DNA of 43,301 nucleotides. It comes from Octopus bimaculoides (lineage: Eukaryota). The translations under genes and the position numbers were made by a program. Location: the NCBI RefSeq assembly GCF_001194135.2, contig NC_068990.1:84698830-84742130 (forward strand), in the 5' to 3' direction. The notes under the pieces were generated by a model. It saw only the letters and a list, made by a program, of their open reading frames with translations. It was not told where the DNA came from and did no database searches. Every line of letters begins with the position of its first letter. The first letter of the stretch is position 1. Positions 1 to 10,675 of the stretch are shown here, in pieces.

Positions 1-129
1 CTGTAAGACCTTCTATTTATAAATGTTCTAAAATCTTCACAGCCTTGTTTTTTTTTTTTATCTCATCCTGAAAAAAAAAATTATATATACATACACACGC
101 TGATAAATGACCTACGTTGGACTCCTTAT

Positions 130-380
130 TCGCATAATCACCGAACCTGGAGCTTAACTATGGTTTGGGAAGGAGAAGGCGCTGCTTTCTCTCCCATCTC
201 TTGAGTTCAGCTCTTGCGACTCGGGCTTTCTCGAAGTCCGCTGAAACCGTTTTGATGGTGTGTCTCCAGAGGGGTCTGTTTGCCGAGTATCCTCCCATAC
301 GTACATGTATGCACTGCTTTGAAGTCAGTTGTCTGGTGGATGTGAACGTACCATCAAATGTCCAGATAAACGAAAGCATT
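130..380 (-). mobile_element. RTE/BovB-like LINE, degenerate 3' end of ORF2
   Basis: Translation ...(frameshift) WEDT-ANRPLWRHTIKTVSADFEKARVARAELKRWERKQR resembles the RTE-clade C-terminal W..LA.DR..WR..I..G...FE..R...AE.KR..RK motif. Confidence 0.55.
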
Positions 381-656
381 TATGCTGAATTAATGCAGAA
401 CTTACAGCTCTTATACATAGTTATATATTCTCGTTTGTACCTATCAACATAATAGGTGCGTTAAGCTATGTAACTACAAATTTACGCAAAAACATAAAAG
501 TTATAGGTTTTTCGAAGAAAGAGCAAAAGACACTGACGCGGATTCTTCAAATCCAATCTATCAGTGGCACAGTGAAGATTTGTATGACATTCCTAAGGTT
601 CGCTAGTTTAGATGGATTAGGTGAATAGATGCACATATCAGGGAGTCTATATTCTT

Positions 657-848
657 TTCTACTTTAGGCACAAGGCCCAAAAGTTTGGGGAAGAGGGCCA
701 GTCAATTAGATCGACCCCAGTATGTAACTGATACTTAATTTATCGACCCCGAAAGGATGAAAGGCAAAGTCGACCTCGGCGGAATTTGAACTCAGAACGT
801 TGCGACGGGCGAAAGATCGCTAAGCATTTCGCTCAGCGTGCTAACGTA
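657..848 (-). mobile_element. tRNA-derived SINE (family B in this window)
   Basis: Reverse-complement match to 13565-13793 (gagttcaaattccgccgaggtcgactttgcctttcatcctttcggggtcgat..., containing a B-box-like GTTCAAAT). Confidence 0.8.
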
Positions 849-1671
849 AAGGAATATCTTTATAGATATTGGGTTGTTGTCAAAATAATTTGTAGGTTAA
901 AAACAAAAGTGACAGAATAAGGAGGCAGGGAAAGATAGTTTCTAGTTTGACAGCTAAAGTTATGTAGAAACTATTTGGGTAGCTAAAGAATTTATTGATT
1001 GTTTATGATATTGTAAGGGTTCATTCGAATATGTGTGTGAATTGTAGATGCTAAAAGTTAGATATGTATAGAAGTACAGATCACAGATAGGTCACACACT
1101 AGTCACATTCAGTGTTTTGTATTGGAAGCTTTGTTGAGTCTCAACAGATGGCTCCTGCTGCCTTGGTTATATTTAATAGGGGAAGTTGATGACTGTTTTT
1201 GGTTACTGCTAGTGTTTATTCAAGCATATATGTATACGAGGGGTCTGACAGGTAAGATTTATATAAGAACACAGGCTGCGGACTGGTAAAAATTCAGAAG
1301 CTTATATTGAAGGGTTGCTCTTTAAGCATATCTTCAATTGGGTAAGAATTTTGTTTTTCACGTACTGACTTCGTGTATTACTATGACCATTTTGAAGTGA
1401 ATGTAAAGATTATCATCAGCAACTGATGTTTGTAGTATCCATTTGTGTGGCAACGTATTTTATACACATCTAGGCATATTAGTATCTATACGCCTCTTCG
1501 TCTATACTATAGATTCTACAGTATCTACAGCTTTTCATGTATATACAGAAATACATTTGAGTTTCAATGTACATGCTCACATATAGAGGTATATTTATGA
1601 GTACATGTACACATACGCACATATATATATGCATATATTGTTATATATATTCGTACACCTATCTCCATATA

Positions 1672-1917
1672 TGTGGAGGCGCGTGGCTTAGCGGTTAGGC
1701 TATCAGCATCATGATCGTAAGATTGTGGTTTCGATTCCTTGACCGGCAACGCATTGTGTTCTTGAGCAAAACACTTCATTTCACGTTGCTCCAGTCCACT
1801 CAGCTGGCAAAAAATGAGTAACGCTGCGATGGACTGGCGTGCCGTCCAGCTGGGAATCACATACGCCAATGAAATCGGGAAACTAGGCCCATGAGCCTGG
1901 CTAGGCTTTAAAAGGGC
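1672..1917 (+). mobile_element. tRNA-derived SINE (family C), interrupted in its 3' tail by a solo LTR; tail resumes at 3074-3095
   Basis: A-box-like gtggcttagcggtta and B-box-like gtttcgattcc. Central cttgagcaaaacacttcatttcacgttgctccagtccactcagc is related to 31571-31900. Tail aaaagggc|gcatttattttatt is split by the insertion. Confidence 0.75.
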
Positions 1918-3069
1918 TGTAAGGGACGACCGTGCGAACTCAAAAAGGAGATATGGTGACGAATGGAAAAACAGAGGACTCCTTTTATTTAAACGCGTCG
2001 CACGGTCGAACACCAAAATATTATATATCAATGATGATATAGATGATATGTTATGCGACGATAACATAGATGACCAGTAATGAAAGACCACAACCGTATT
2101 AGATGAATAACAGAGATATTTATTGTAGCGTTAAAGATGTATGTCTGTGTGAGAGTGTGAATGCGACATATAAGAACAATATCAAAGACAGGCCGTCGTA
2201 CAAAGAAAAGTATGTATGTGAGTGATACATGTATGTGTATGTGTATTATTACAGCAGATAGAAAGAGTCAATAACACGTGAGCAATTATACCAGTTCTTT
2301 AGTACACTATAGGAAAAGTTCTGTATGTGAAAGTGAGGGGGCTGAGTGTGGCAGAGCTGATCACTNNNNNNNNNNNNNNNNNNNNNNNNNNNNNNNNNNN
2401 NNNNNNNNNNNNNNNNNNNNNNNNNNNNNNNNNNNNNNNNNNNNNNNNNNNNNNNNNNNNNNNNNNNNNNNNNNNNNNNNNNNNNNNNNNNNNNNNNNNN
2501 NNNNNNNNNNNNNNNNNNNNNNNNNNNNNNNNNNNNNNNNNNNNNNNNNNNNNNNNNNNNNNNNNNNNNNNNNNNNNNNNNNNNNNNNNNNNNNNNNNNN
2601 NNNNNNNNNNNNNNNNNNNNNNNNNNNNNNNNNNNNNNNNNNNNNNNNNNNNNNNNNNNNNNNNNNNNNNNNNNNNNNNNNNNNNNNNNNNNNNNNNNNN
2701 NNNNNNNNNNNNNNNNNNNNNNNNNNNNNNNNNNNNNNNNNNNNNNNNNNNTACACGGAACAGTCTCTAAGAGAAACTGGACCGAGACAAATTTGTTGGG
2801 TATGAGTTAAAGCTATTTATAACAAACTATTGGCTCCCGATGGCTTCAGTTTAATACTCTATCACGTGACCTTATTAGGGGCTGTGATTGGTCAGTTTGC
2901 GTTCTGGCGGGAACGGTTCGAAGAAGTTGCCGATTCGAATAATAATCAGTCACGTGATGACAAGGAATGGGTTCTCTACTACGCTCGCATTTATTTATAT
3001 TTAAATGAGAAGATTGTATGTAATGGCGATAGTAGTTTGTATCTAATGGCGGGAGGTAGTTTCACTACA
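1918..3069 (-). mobile_element. solo LTR (TG...CA, 4-bp TSD GGGC; Ty3/Gypsy-like by TSD length), contains an N gap
   Basis: Starts TGTA at 1918 and ends TACA at 3069, with GGGC at 1914-1917 and 3070-3073. Minus strand has two CCAAT boxes, TATAAATA and a distal AATAAA. Second copy at 9447-10572. Confidence 0.8.
2814..2956 (-). promoter_or_regulatory. LTR U3 promoter elements
   Basis: TATAAATA 2821-2814, CCAAT at 2833-2829 and 2891-2887, CACGTG E-boxes at 2863-2868 and 2951-2956. Confidence 0.55.
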
Positions 3070-3319
3070 GGGCGCATTTATTTTATTTTATTATCGCCAT
3101 ATAAATCTACGTGTGAAATGCTTGTGCTTGTACAGTTGTTAATAAATAAACAAGGAATGTACTAGATTGCTTCAATGAAATGTCGCATTTTTAATTACTT
3201 GTTATTTCATTCATTTAAAAATCTAATTATGTATACCTTGCATTTAATCTCGATTCTTTTTCTTTCCCAACAATATTGGTATACAAAATTCGTACCCTCA
3301 GACTTTATGAAAATGATAA

Positions 3320-4140
3320 CAACCAAACTATGTTGAGTCATTTTCTCGTATGAGTACAAACTGGGTCACTCTGCTGCAGAAGCTCTACGGAATATTAAGC
3401 GGGCCTTTGGTAATGGTTTTGTTGACATCAGAACTGTTCAGAGATGGTTCCAAAGCTCTCGTTCAGGAGATGATAGCCTTGAAAATAATCCAAGGGGTAG
3501 GCCAAAGTCAGTTATTCGGCATGATGGATTAAATGCTTTGGTTGAACAAAATCCGAAAACAAAGGTTCGAAAACATTCATCAGAACTCCAAACATCTCAC
3601 ACAACTGTCTTTGGACACCTGTAAAAAAATAGGAAAAGTCAAGAAAACGGATAGGTTTGTTCCACATCAACTGAACGAGACTAAAAAAAGAAAAACAGAC
3701 GCCTTGAAGTGTGCTCCTTATTGCTTTCTCGACTGGAAAAAAACTATTTTTGCACCAAATCATTACTTGTGATGAGAAATGGATACTCTTTGACAACAGC
3801 AGGAGAACAGGACACCTAAGCACTACCCAAACCCACTATTGGACCCTAAACAGTTCGTGGTTACTGTATGGTGATCTGCGAAGGGGGTTTTACATTATTC
3901 ATTTTTGCAGCAAGGAAAAACGGTAACAGCAACATCGTATTGCCAGGAAATTGATTGTATGAGAATTTGAAAAAGAAGCAGCCCAGACTAGTAAATAGAG
4001 ATGGCCCAATTTTGCTCCACGACAATGCACGTCCTCTCACACCTCAAGCTACGGTCTAAAAGTTGCAAAGCCTGAATTATGGGATTTTGTAACATCCTCC
4101 TTGTTCCCTTGATGTCTCTCCTACTGATCATCACTTATTT
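3320..4140 (+). pseudogene. mariner transposase remnant (Hsmar1/SETMAR-like), frameshifted and with stops
   Basis: Pieces read YEYKLGHSAAEALRNIKRAF...TVQRWF...GRP, KIGKVKKTDRFVPHQL, FLHQIITCDEKWILFDN, GPILLHDNARP, HPPCSLDVSPTDHHLF: HTH, WVPHEL, TCDEKW, HDNARPH and YSPDL(A)P.D motifs. Cut off at 4141 by a SINE. Confidence 0.92.
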
Positions 4141-4142
4141 AC

Positions 4143-4241
4143 ACCTGCGTGACACCTTGAGCAAGTGTCTTCTGCTATAGCCTCGGGCCGACCAAAGCCT
4201 TGTGAGTGGATTTGGTAGACGGAAACTGAAAGAAGCCTGTC

Positions 4242-4283
<42 letters not shown>
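4143..4283 (+). mobile_element. 5'-truncated SINE (family A) running into (TA)n and a gap
   Basis: High similarity to 12275-12360 and reverse complement of 36445-36545. Confidence 0.85.
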
Positions 4284-5871
4284 NNNNNNNNNNNNNNNNN
4301 NNNNNNNNNNNNNNNNNNNNNNNNNNNNNNNNNNNNNNNNNNNNNNNNNNNCGGAAACAAGGAAAGTTCAAAGGGAAAAACGGAGGAAGAAAAAATCGCC
4401 ACCGATGTCCACGTGGTTACATTGTGGAAGGACCGGAAATATAAACCGTGAAATATAAACGAACAAATATATTATTTTATATAACTTTTTATGTGTCTGT
4501 GCTATTTTTAGAACACCTCACAACCACCAGTGTTTAATGCAGATGCGATAAATACATGTTGCATGCGATAAATACATTACAATTTTTAACAGAAAGATTT
4601 AGAAGAATTAGATGAAAGTTTTCCGGTAATTTTCTTTCATGTAAATAAATGTTTATGTTAATTTAAAAGAGAAAAACGGTTAGTTTTAAATCTCTGAGCG
4701 AGATGTTGGCAAATAAACTTTAATTTAAAAGATTTATCCAAAAAATCTTATTTAGCTGTTATTTTTAGCACACCTCGCAACCACCTCAATACTCAATGAC
4801 AAAAAGAAGCAAACATTAAACAAACAATTTAAATATGTTTATTTACAATTTAAATATGCTTTAAAAAAAAAAACATTTAACTTTCAGTTTTGATTTTTAA
4901 AATATCCTTCTTTGTTTTCAATGTTTCCATAACAGAAGCGAAGTTACTGGATCTTGATGCCATAATCACACAGAGCACATAACACAGCGTCAAATTTGTC
5001 ATCACGTGCTTCCTCGCAGATCAATGACTTTCCAAAGACTGCTCGGATTCGCTTGTTACTATTGCAACAAGCACAGTGGGAGACAAAAGAATTCTCATGT
5101 CCCGCTTCTTACTGTCGAAACAGTCATGAATGTGTCTGTGGCTTACGATTGGCTAAAATTACCAAAATTTTCAAACTTTAATTACTAATAGCTCTTTACT
5201 TATTGATTTATAGCGAAAATTACTTTCACGTCATTAATTAGCTTATAAAAGTGCATCATTACACAGAATGTGAAATCAATTCGAACAGAAAAATTGATGC
5301 TGGCAACCAAACAGAGTAAAACGTGTTGACCCATAAAAAAACATTTAATATACTTTATAGTATATTATAGTTGCATAACAAAATACCACGTGTCAGCAGG
5401 TCATTAATAATTAATACAACTATTCTAACAGAAAAGCTGTTACCCGTATGTACAAATAAATATATTTATACAAATGTATAAATATATTTATATTTGTATA
5501 TATGGGTAAGGCCAAACTAAGCGCAGCTTTAACAACTCTAGCCGTGCATCAGCTGTTTTATTTTACTTCTTACTGAGGACTCGTTCTTTACTATAATTGA
5601 ATATACATACACACACTCGTACGCATAGACACATATGCGTACGTATATACATATACACGTTCATACACACACACATACACACAATATATATACACGTACA
5701 CCACAGATTATCCGGTATTCTCGACTCAAAAGCCTTGACAGATGAACCGCCTTGCCGGACCATCCATAGTGAATAATAAGTCAACGCACTTTATTCATAC
5801 ACCTCCCATGCGTCTAAGTACCGTGAATTGCTAGAAACTAGCAGTTAAGTAATACGTTTGTAGTAACGCTG

Positions 5872-5901
5872 TGCGCATGCGTAGTCTCACGCATGCGTGC
5901 A
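5872..5901. promoter_or_regulatory. paired NRF1-like palindromic motifs in a locally CpG-rich island
   Basis: TGCGCATGCGT (5872-5882) and ACGCATGCGT (5889-5898) resemble the NRF1/ewg consensus YGCGCATGCG. Function is inferred. Confidence 0.4.
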
Positions 5902-6650
5902 ATTCAACAAGCAAGCTTTCCCGCTTCATTCTGTCTCTTTCTCGGTCGGCCGGCCATGAGCATGGACGTGTCAAGCAGTGTCTCAAACATACCAACTCTG
6001 GAGACAGTCTCTTTCTAGCTGGCCAGCGATTGAGCATGGACGTGTTTAGCTGTCTCTCACCATCTTTCGGACTTACACTTGACAGCTCGCTCACATCTAC
6101 ATAACAACGTCCCAACAACAATGCTCACACACACAGAAGCTGTAACAACAAACAAGAGCTAAAGATGTATATATTTACCACCCGAATAAATGTTGTTTTA
6201 GTTGATAGTCTGGAGGTCAGCGTTCCGTTACATCGCTTAATTTTATATAGGAAAGTGGTATACATCTAATGATGTATAACCAACTTTCCTATACATTGTA
6301 TTAAATATAAATTTAATTAATGAAATACAGTTTAGTTGTCCATTACATGTGCCATTAAACTATCAGCCTTGAAAGCTTCTCTACTTGTAAGCAGAGACAA
6401 AATAGTAGATGACACGTTGGCCTATTCAACCGAAATTTGCTCTGATATGGGAATCAGCACAGTGTCGAATTCGCAAAAAGATAAGAATGAGCTACGAAGA
6501 AAGTAATAATGCCGCTCTCGGATCTTTTTTAAAACGGGGGCCACATTTTTCATTAACGAAACACTTTGAAACTTGGAACACTGGTAGAATGTGTCATATA
6601 AAACATCTTTTTTCTCTTAGTCTTCTTTAAAAAAAAAAGAAATCCATAAG

Positions 6651-6950
6651 TTATTCCATGTTAAAGTTGTCGTATTTCTGTAATTTCAACCAATCACTGA
6701 CGTCCATTCAGCCGATATACATTAAGTGCCGACTACATAAACAAACGATTCTGAAACAATTAACCCTAACCCTAAAGTTAGGGTTAGGGTTAAAGCAAAT
6801 TTAAAATGAAAAAAGCAAATAAAACGAAGGTATGGAGATTAAATACGCTTTACATCGCTTAATCAGCCAAAGGAGTAAATATAAACAACTGAATACTTGT
6901 CAGTGATTGGTTGAAATTATCGAAATAAGACAATTGTTTACATGAAATAA
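6651..6950. mobile_element. MITE/foldback-like element with about 50-bp imperfect terminal inverted repeats
   Basis: 6651-6701 is the inverted complement of 6899-6950, with a perfect core aatttcaaccaatcactgac/gtcagtgattggttgaaatt. Central (CCCTAA)2-AG-(TTAGGG)2 palindrome. Confidence 0.7.
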
Positions 6951-7104
6951 ATTCGAATACAAAAATATTTTTCTGTTCTATAACACAAAATAGATAAGTA
7001 TACGAAGTTTGAAAGTCTTTCCGTACCAAAAACACTACGTAAAACATTAATGAAAAATGTGGCCCCTGTTTTAAAATAGATCCCCGCTCTCAGCTACGAC
7101 GCTG

Positions 7105-7645
7105 AGCTAAGAAGAGAAATGTAGTTAGTGATAGATAGACTGATTGAAGAAATAATCTCTAGATTCGAAAGACTTCACGATATTACAAAGAAATACACCT
7201 TTCTCGCACCGTCCAATTTGTTAGATAAAGAGTGTAATTGTGATGTAGACGCCTTTGATGAGAATATTAAGAAAGAAGACTTTCTGTTTGAAAGGGCAAG
7301 ACTGCAAAATTATTTGGTAGCGCGACTTTGCGGATAAAATTAATTTTGATGAAGTCATTCAAGATTTCGCGATGAGGAAAGCACATAAAATGAATTTGAA
7401 AATCGTTTATTTTTGTAATTAATTCATCTTCTATTCTTTACCATATTTTTCCTATTATTTTTTGTGTATAAGCACAATAAAAGTAAATTTGAGGGAAATA
7501 AATGGTTGCTACAGTGTCTTCTTATTTTGCATACATATTTAGCCGTATTATTCCGTTTTTGGCGTTTTGAAGTGTTCATTGAACTTTTAAGGGGCAGCCA
7601 AATAAACATCCGCCTCGAGCGGCACTTGTGCTAGGTACGCCACTG
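7105..7645 (+). mobile_element. hAT-type DNA transposon 3' fragment
   Basis: VIDRLIEEIISRFERLHDITKKYTFL...EDFLFERARLQNYL resembles hAT transposase C-terminal regions. Ends ctaggtacgccactg (reverse complement CAGTGGCGTACCTAG, a hAT-like terminus). A similar terminus cagctacgacgctg ends at 7104. Confidence 0.6.
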
Positions 7646-8993
7646 ATCAAGTACAGTTGTTCGAATACCTGGACTAATTATTAACAATAATAAAAAATTG
7701 TTACCTGAAATCTGCAAGAGGTGTACAGAGAGTGACTGCACTAATCAAACTTTAACCAATATGGAAAGATAGAAATATTACGATGTAAAGCAAAATTGTA
7801 CTCGTACATGTTTTAGTACTCTGTCTTCCTGTAATCGTGTGAGACTTAGACTCTCGGTGCAGAGATATAGGCATTGGAAATGAGATACTGCTGCAACAGT
7901 ACCTCATATTTGAACCACATCACAAATGAGCCAGTCCGTGAAATCATCTAACATTTAATTAGTACTCATACCCATGAAAACCTCACAACAGTAAAAAAAA
8001 AAAAAAAAACTGAGAAGCTTTGGAAATTTAACAAGATCTTGTTGCCTTGGAAAGGCCATTCTTCAAGGAACTGTGGAAAAGGAAAAAAAGGAGAGGTACC
8101 CAGGAATTTCTTACTTGTTTAAATTTTTTTCTTTTTACAGACTTTGACTTACAGATATTCATACCAGATATTAACAGGATCAGTTCCATCAATGTCGAAG
8201 AGCGTGCCAAAGTCATTGATATAGTGTTTTTTCTACCGGCTAAATCCTCACCTCCCCCAGATACTGATATACATCTAATATATTATATCATATCTAGGAC
8301 GTTCCTGTTGGCTGTTGTCTCGTTTTCATTAAAACAAATGTGGTTAGAAAACCAAGAAGTTAGATATCGTCGAAGTAGGTTGGTGAATTAAAATATTTAT
8401 TCTGTTTCTCTTTCCCCTTTTTCTTTGTTTTAAAAAATATTATTCACTTTCGATATTACGACCGCCACCCAGGAACTAGTTTACTCTGTAGATCAAACTT
8501 ATTGTTACTATATTCTTCCTTCAATCCAACTATTGTCTACACTCCATGACGCTAACACGTTGCAACAGGCATTTTCCCATTCTGTCTAATTACTCTTCGT
8601 TGAACAATTTCTATTGCTGAAGTTGCACTCATCCAATAATCTTTATTATTCTAACTATTGTTTCAAACAAGAAAAGAATGTGTGCGCGCGCGTGCTTGTG
8701 CGTATATATATATATATATATCAAGACATAAAGGTAAGTCACAAAAGACTCATTTGTTTAATTAGCAAACGTTTTCTGACAGATTTCTTCTAATTCTTTT
8801 ATGCTTATTGCCGAAACGACTTTTGTACTCTGCTTCTTCTGTCGTTGATATTTTACTGAAAGAACATACCCAGTTGATTAGTATGGTTGAAGGGCTCTCA
8901 AATTAATGAATGCTTTATAATGAGTCTATCAACTAAGGATTATGCCTTAAATCTGTGGACGCCCTGGATTTTTTAGACGTTTTAGAAAGTTAA

Positions 8994-9037
<44 letters not shown>

Positions 9038-9446
9038 TGTTTGTTTATCAGTGTTCAGTTGCAATTAACTCTGATTGAAAATCTAGAACAGAAGTTCTAA
9101 ACCTACTAGAACAGGACAGAAGTTCGAAAGACTACTTTCTAAAAACTACTTAGGATAGGAAGAAGAGGATTATGATGAAGGAAATGAAGAGGATGATGAT
9201 GAACGAAATGAAGAGGATGATGATGAGAGGAACTTCAGCAATAGAAATTGTTCAACGAAGAGTAATTAAACAGAATGGGAAAATACCGGTATATATGTAT
9301 ATTTGTATGTATGTGTATATATGTGTGTGTGTAAATGTAGAACGTTGGAATGAGTGCTCAACACCACACTCGTGGATAAATAATTTCTTTATTTGTTTCA
9401 TGTTAAGAGCAGAAGGAAAATATCCAAGTATATATATATATATACT

Positions 9447-10572
9447 TGCGAACTCAAAAAGGAGAAATGGTGACGAATGGAAAAACAGAGGACTCCTTTT
9501 ATTTAAACGTGTCACACGGTCGAACACACAATTATATATCGAAGATGATATAGATGATATGTTATGCGACGATAACATAGATGACCAGTAATGAAAGACC
9601 ACAACCGTATTAGATGAATAACAGAGATATTTATTGTAGCGTTAAAGATGTATGTCTGTGTGTGAGTGTGAATGCGACATATAAGAACATAATCAAAGAC
9701 AGGCCGTCATGCAAAGAAAAGTGTGTATGTGAGTGATACATGTATGTGTATGTGAGTTATTACAGCAGATGGAAAGAGAGTCAATATATAACACNNNNNN
9801 NNNNNNNNNNNNNNNNNNNNNNNNNNNNNNNNNNNNNNNNNNNNNNNNNNNNNNNNNNNNNNNNNNNNNNNNNNNNNNNNNNNNNNNNNNNNNNNNNNNN
9901 NNNNNNNNNNNNNNNNNNNNNNNNNNNNNNNNNNNNNNNNNNNNNNNNNNNNNNNNNNNNNNNNNNNNNNNNNNNNNNNNNNNNNNNNNNNNNNNNNNNN
10001 NNNNNNNNNNNNNNNNNNNNNNNNNNNNNNNNNNNNNNNNNNNNNNNNNNNNNNNNNNNNNNNNNNNNNNNNNNNNNNNNNNNNNNNNNNNNNNNNNNNN
10101 NNNNNNNNNNNNNNNNNNNNNNNNNNNNNNNNNNNNNNNNNNNNNNNNNNNNNNNNNNNNNNNNNNNNNNNNNNNNNNNNNNNNNNNNNNNNNNNNNNNN
10201 NNNNNNNNNNNNNNNNNNNNNNNNNNNNNNNNNNNNNNNNNNNNNNNNNNNNNNNNNNNNNNNNNNNNNNNNNNNNNNNNNNNNNNNNNNNNNNNNNNNN
10301 NNNNNNNNNNNNNNNNNNNNNNNNNNNNNNNNNNNNNNNNNNNNNNNNNNNNNNNNNNNNNNNNNNNNNNNNNNNNNNNNNNNNNNNNNNNNNNNNNNNN
10401 NNNNNNNNNNNNNNNNNNNNNNNNNNNNNNNNNNNNNNNNNNNNNNNNNNNNNNNNNNNNNNNNNNNGAATGGGTTCTCTACTACGCTCGCATTTATTTA
10501 TATTTAAATGAGAAGATTGTATGTAATGGCGATAGTAGTTTGTATCTAATGGCGATAGGTAGTTTCACTACA
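9447..10572 (-). mobile_element. second solo LTR of the 1918-3069 family, one end truncated by about 15 bp
   Basis: 9447-9794 matches 1933-2290 and 10468-10572 matches 2965-3069 (well above 90% by eye) at the same spacing. Same TACA end. Flanked by (TA)n. Confidence 0.8.
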
Positions 10573-10675
10573 TATATATATAATGGGAGAATATACGAAA
10601 AAACAACAACAGACGAGGACAGGTGGTGTAAATAACAAAAGGATGTATTAGTATGACGCTCGGGAATACGGAAAG

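Noticed and set aside
158-452. ORFs 158-379 (-) and 165-452 (+) as host genes
   Set aside because: The minus peptide matches an RTE ORF2 C-terminus with a frameshift. The plus ORF is its antisense shadow.
1564-2091. 175-aa ORF and its paralog 9252-9602 as a duplicated gene
   Set aside because: They run across LTR, SINE and microsatellite boundaries; the shared part is just the LTR.
2278-2805. Long ORFs over N runs (also 9733-10635, 18592-19065, 27706-28559, 34328-34537)
   Set aside because: Open only because N codons are not stops.
4500-4790. Short direct repeats (tatttttag[ac]acacctc[ag]caaccacc twice; atgcgataaatacat twice); similar ones near 17940-17975 and 25424/25572
   Set aside because: Small local duplications in AT-rich DNA with no further supporting structure.
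6760-6793. Ancient chromosome-fusion site
   Set aside because: Only two repeats per arm and embedded in a TIR-bounded element; kept as an element feature instead.
1918-10572. An 8.6-kb full-length LTR retrotransposon bounded by the two LTR copies, carrying captured cargo
   Set aside because: The first LTR has its own GGGC TSD on both sides, so it is a solo LTR. The interval has no gag/pol, only unrelated relics.
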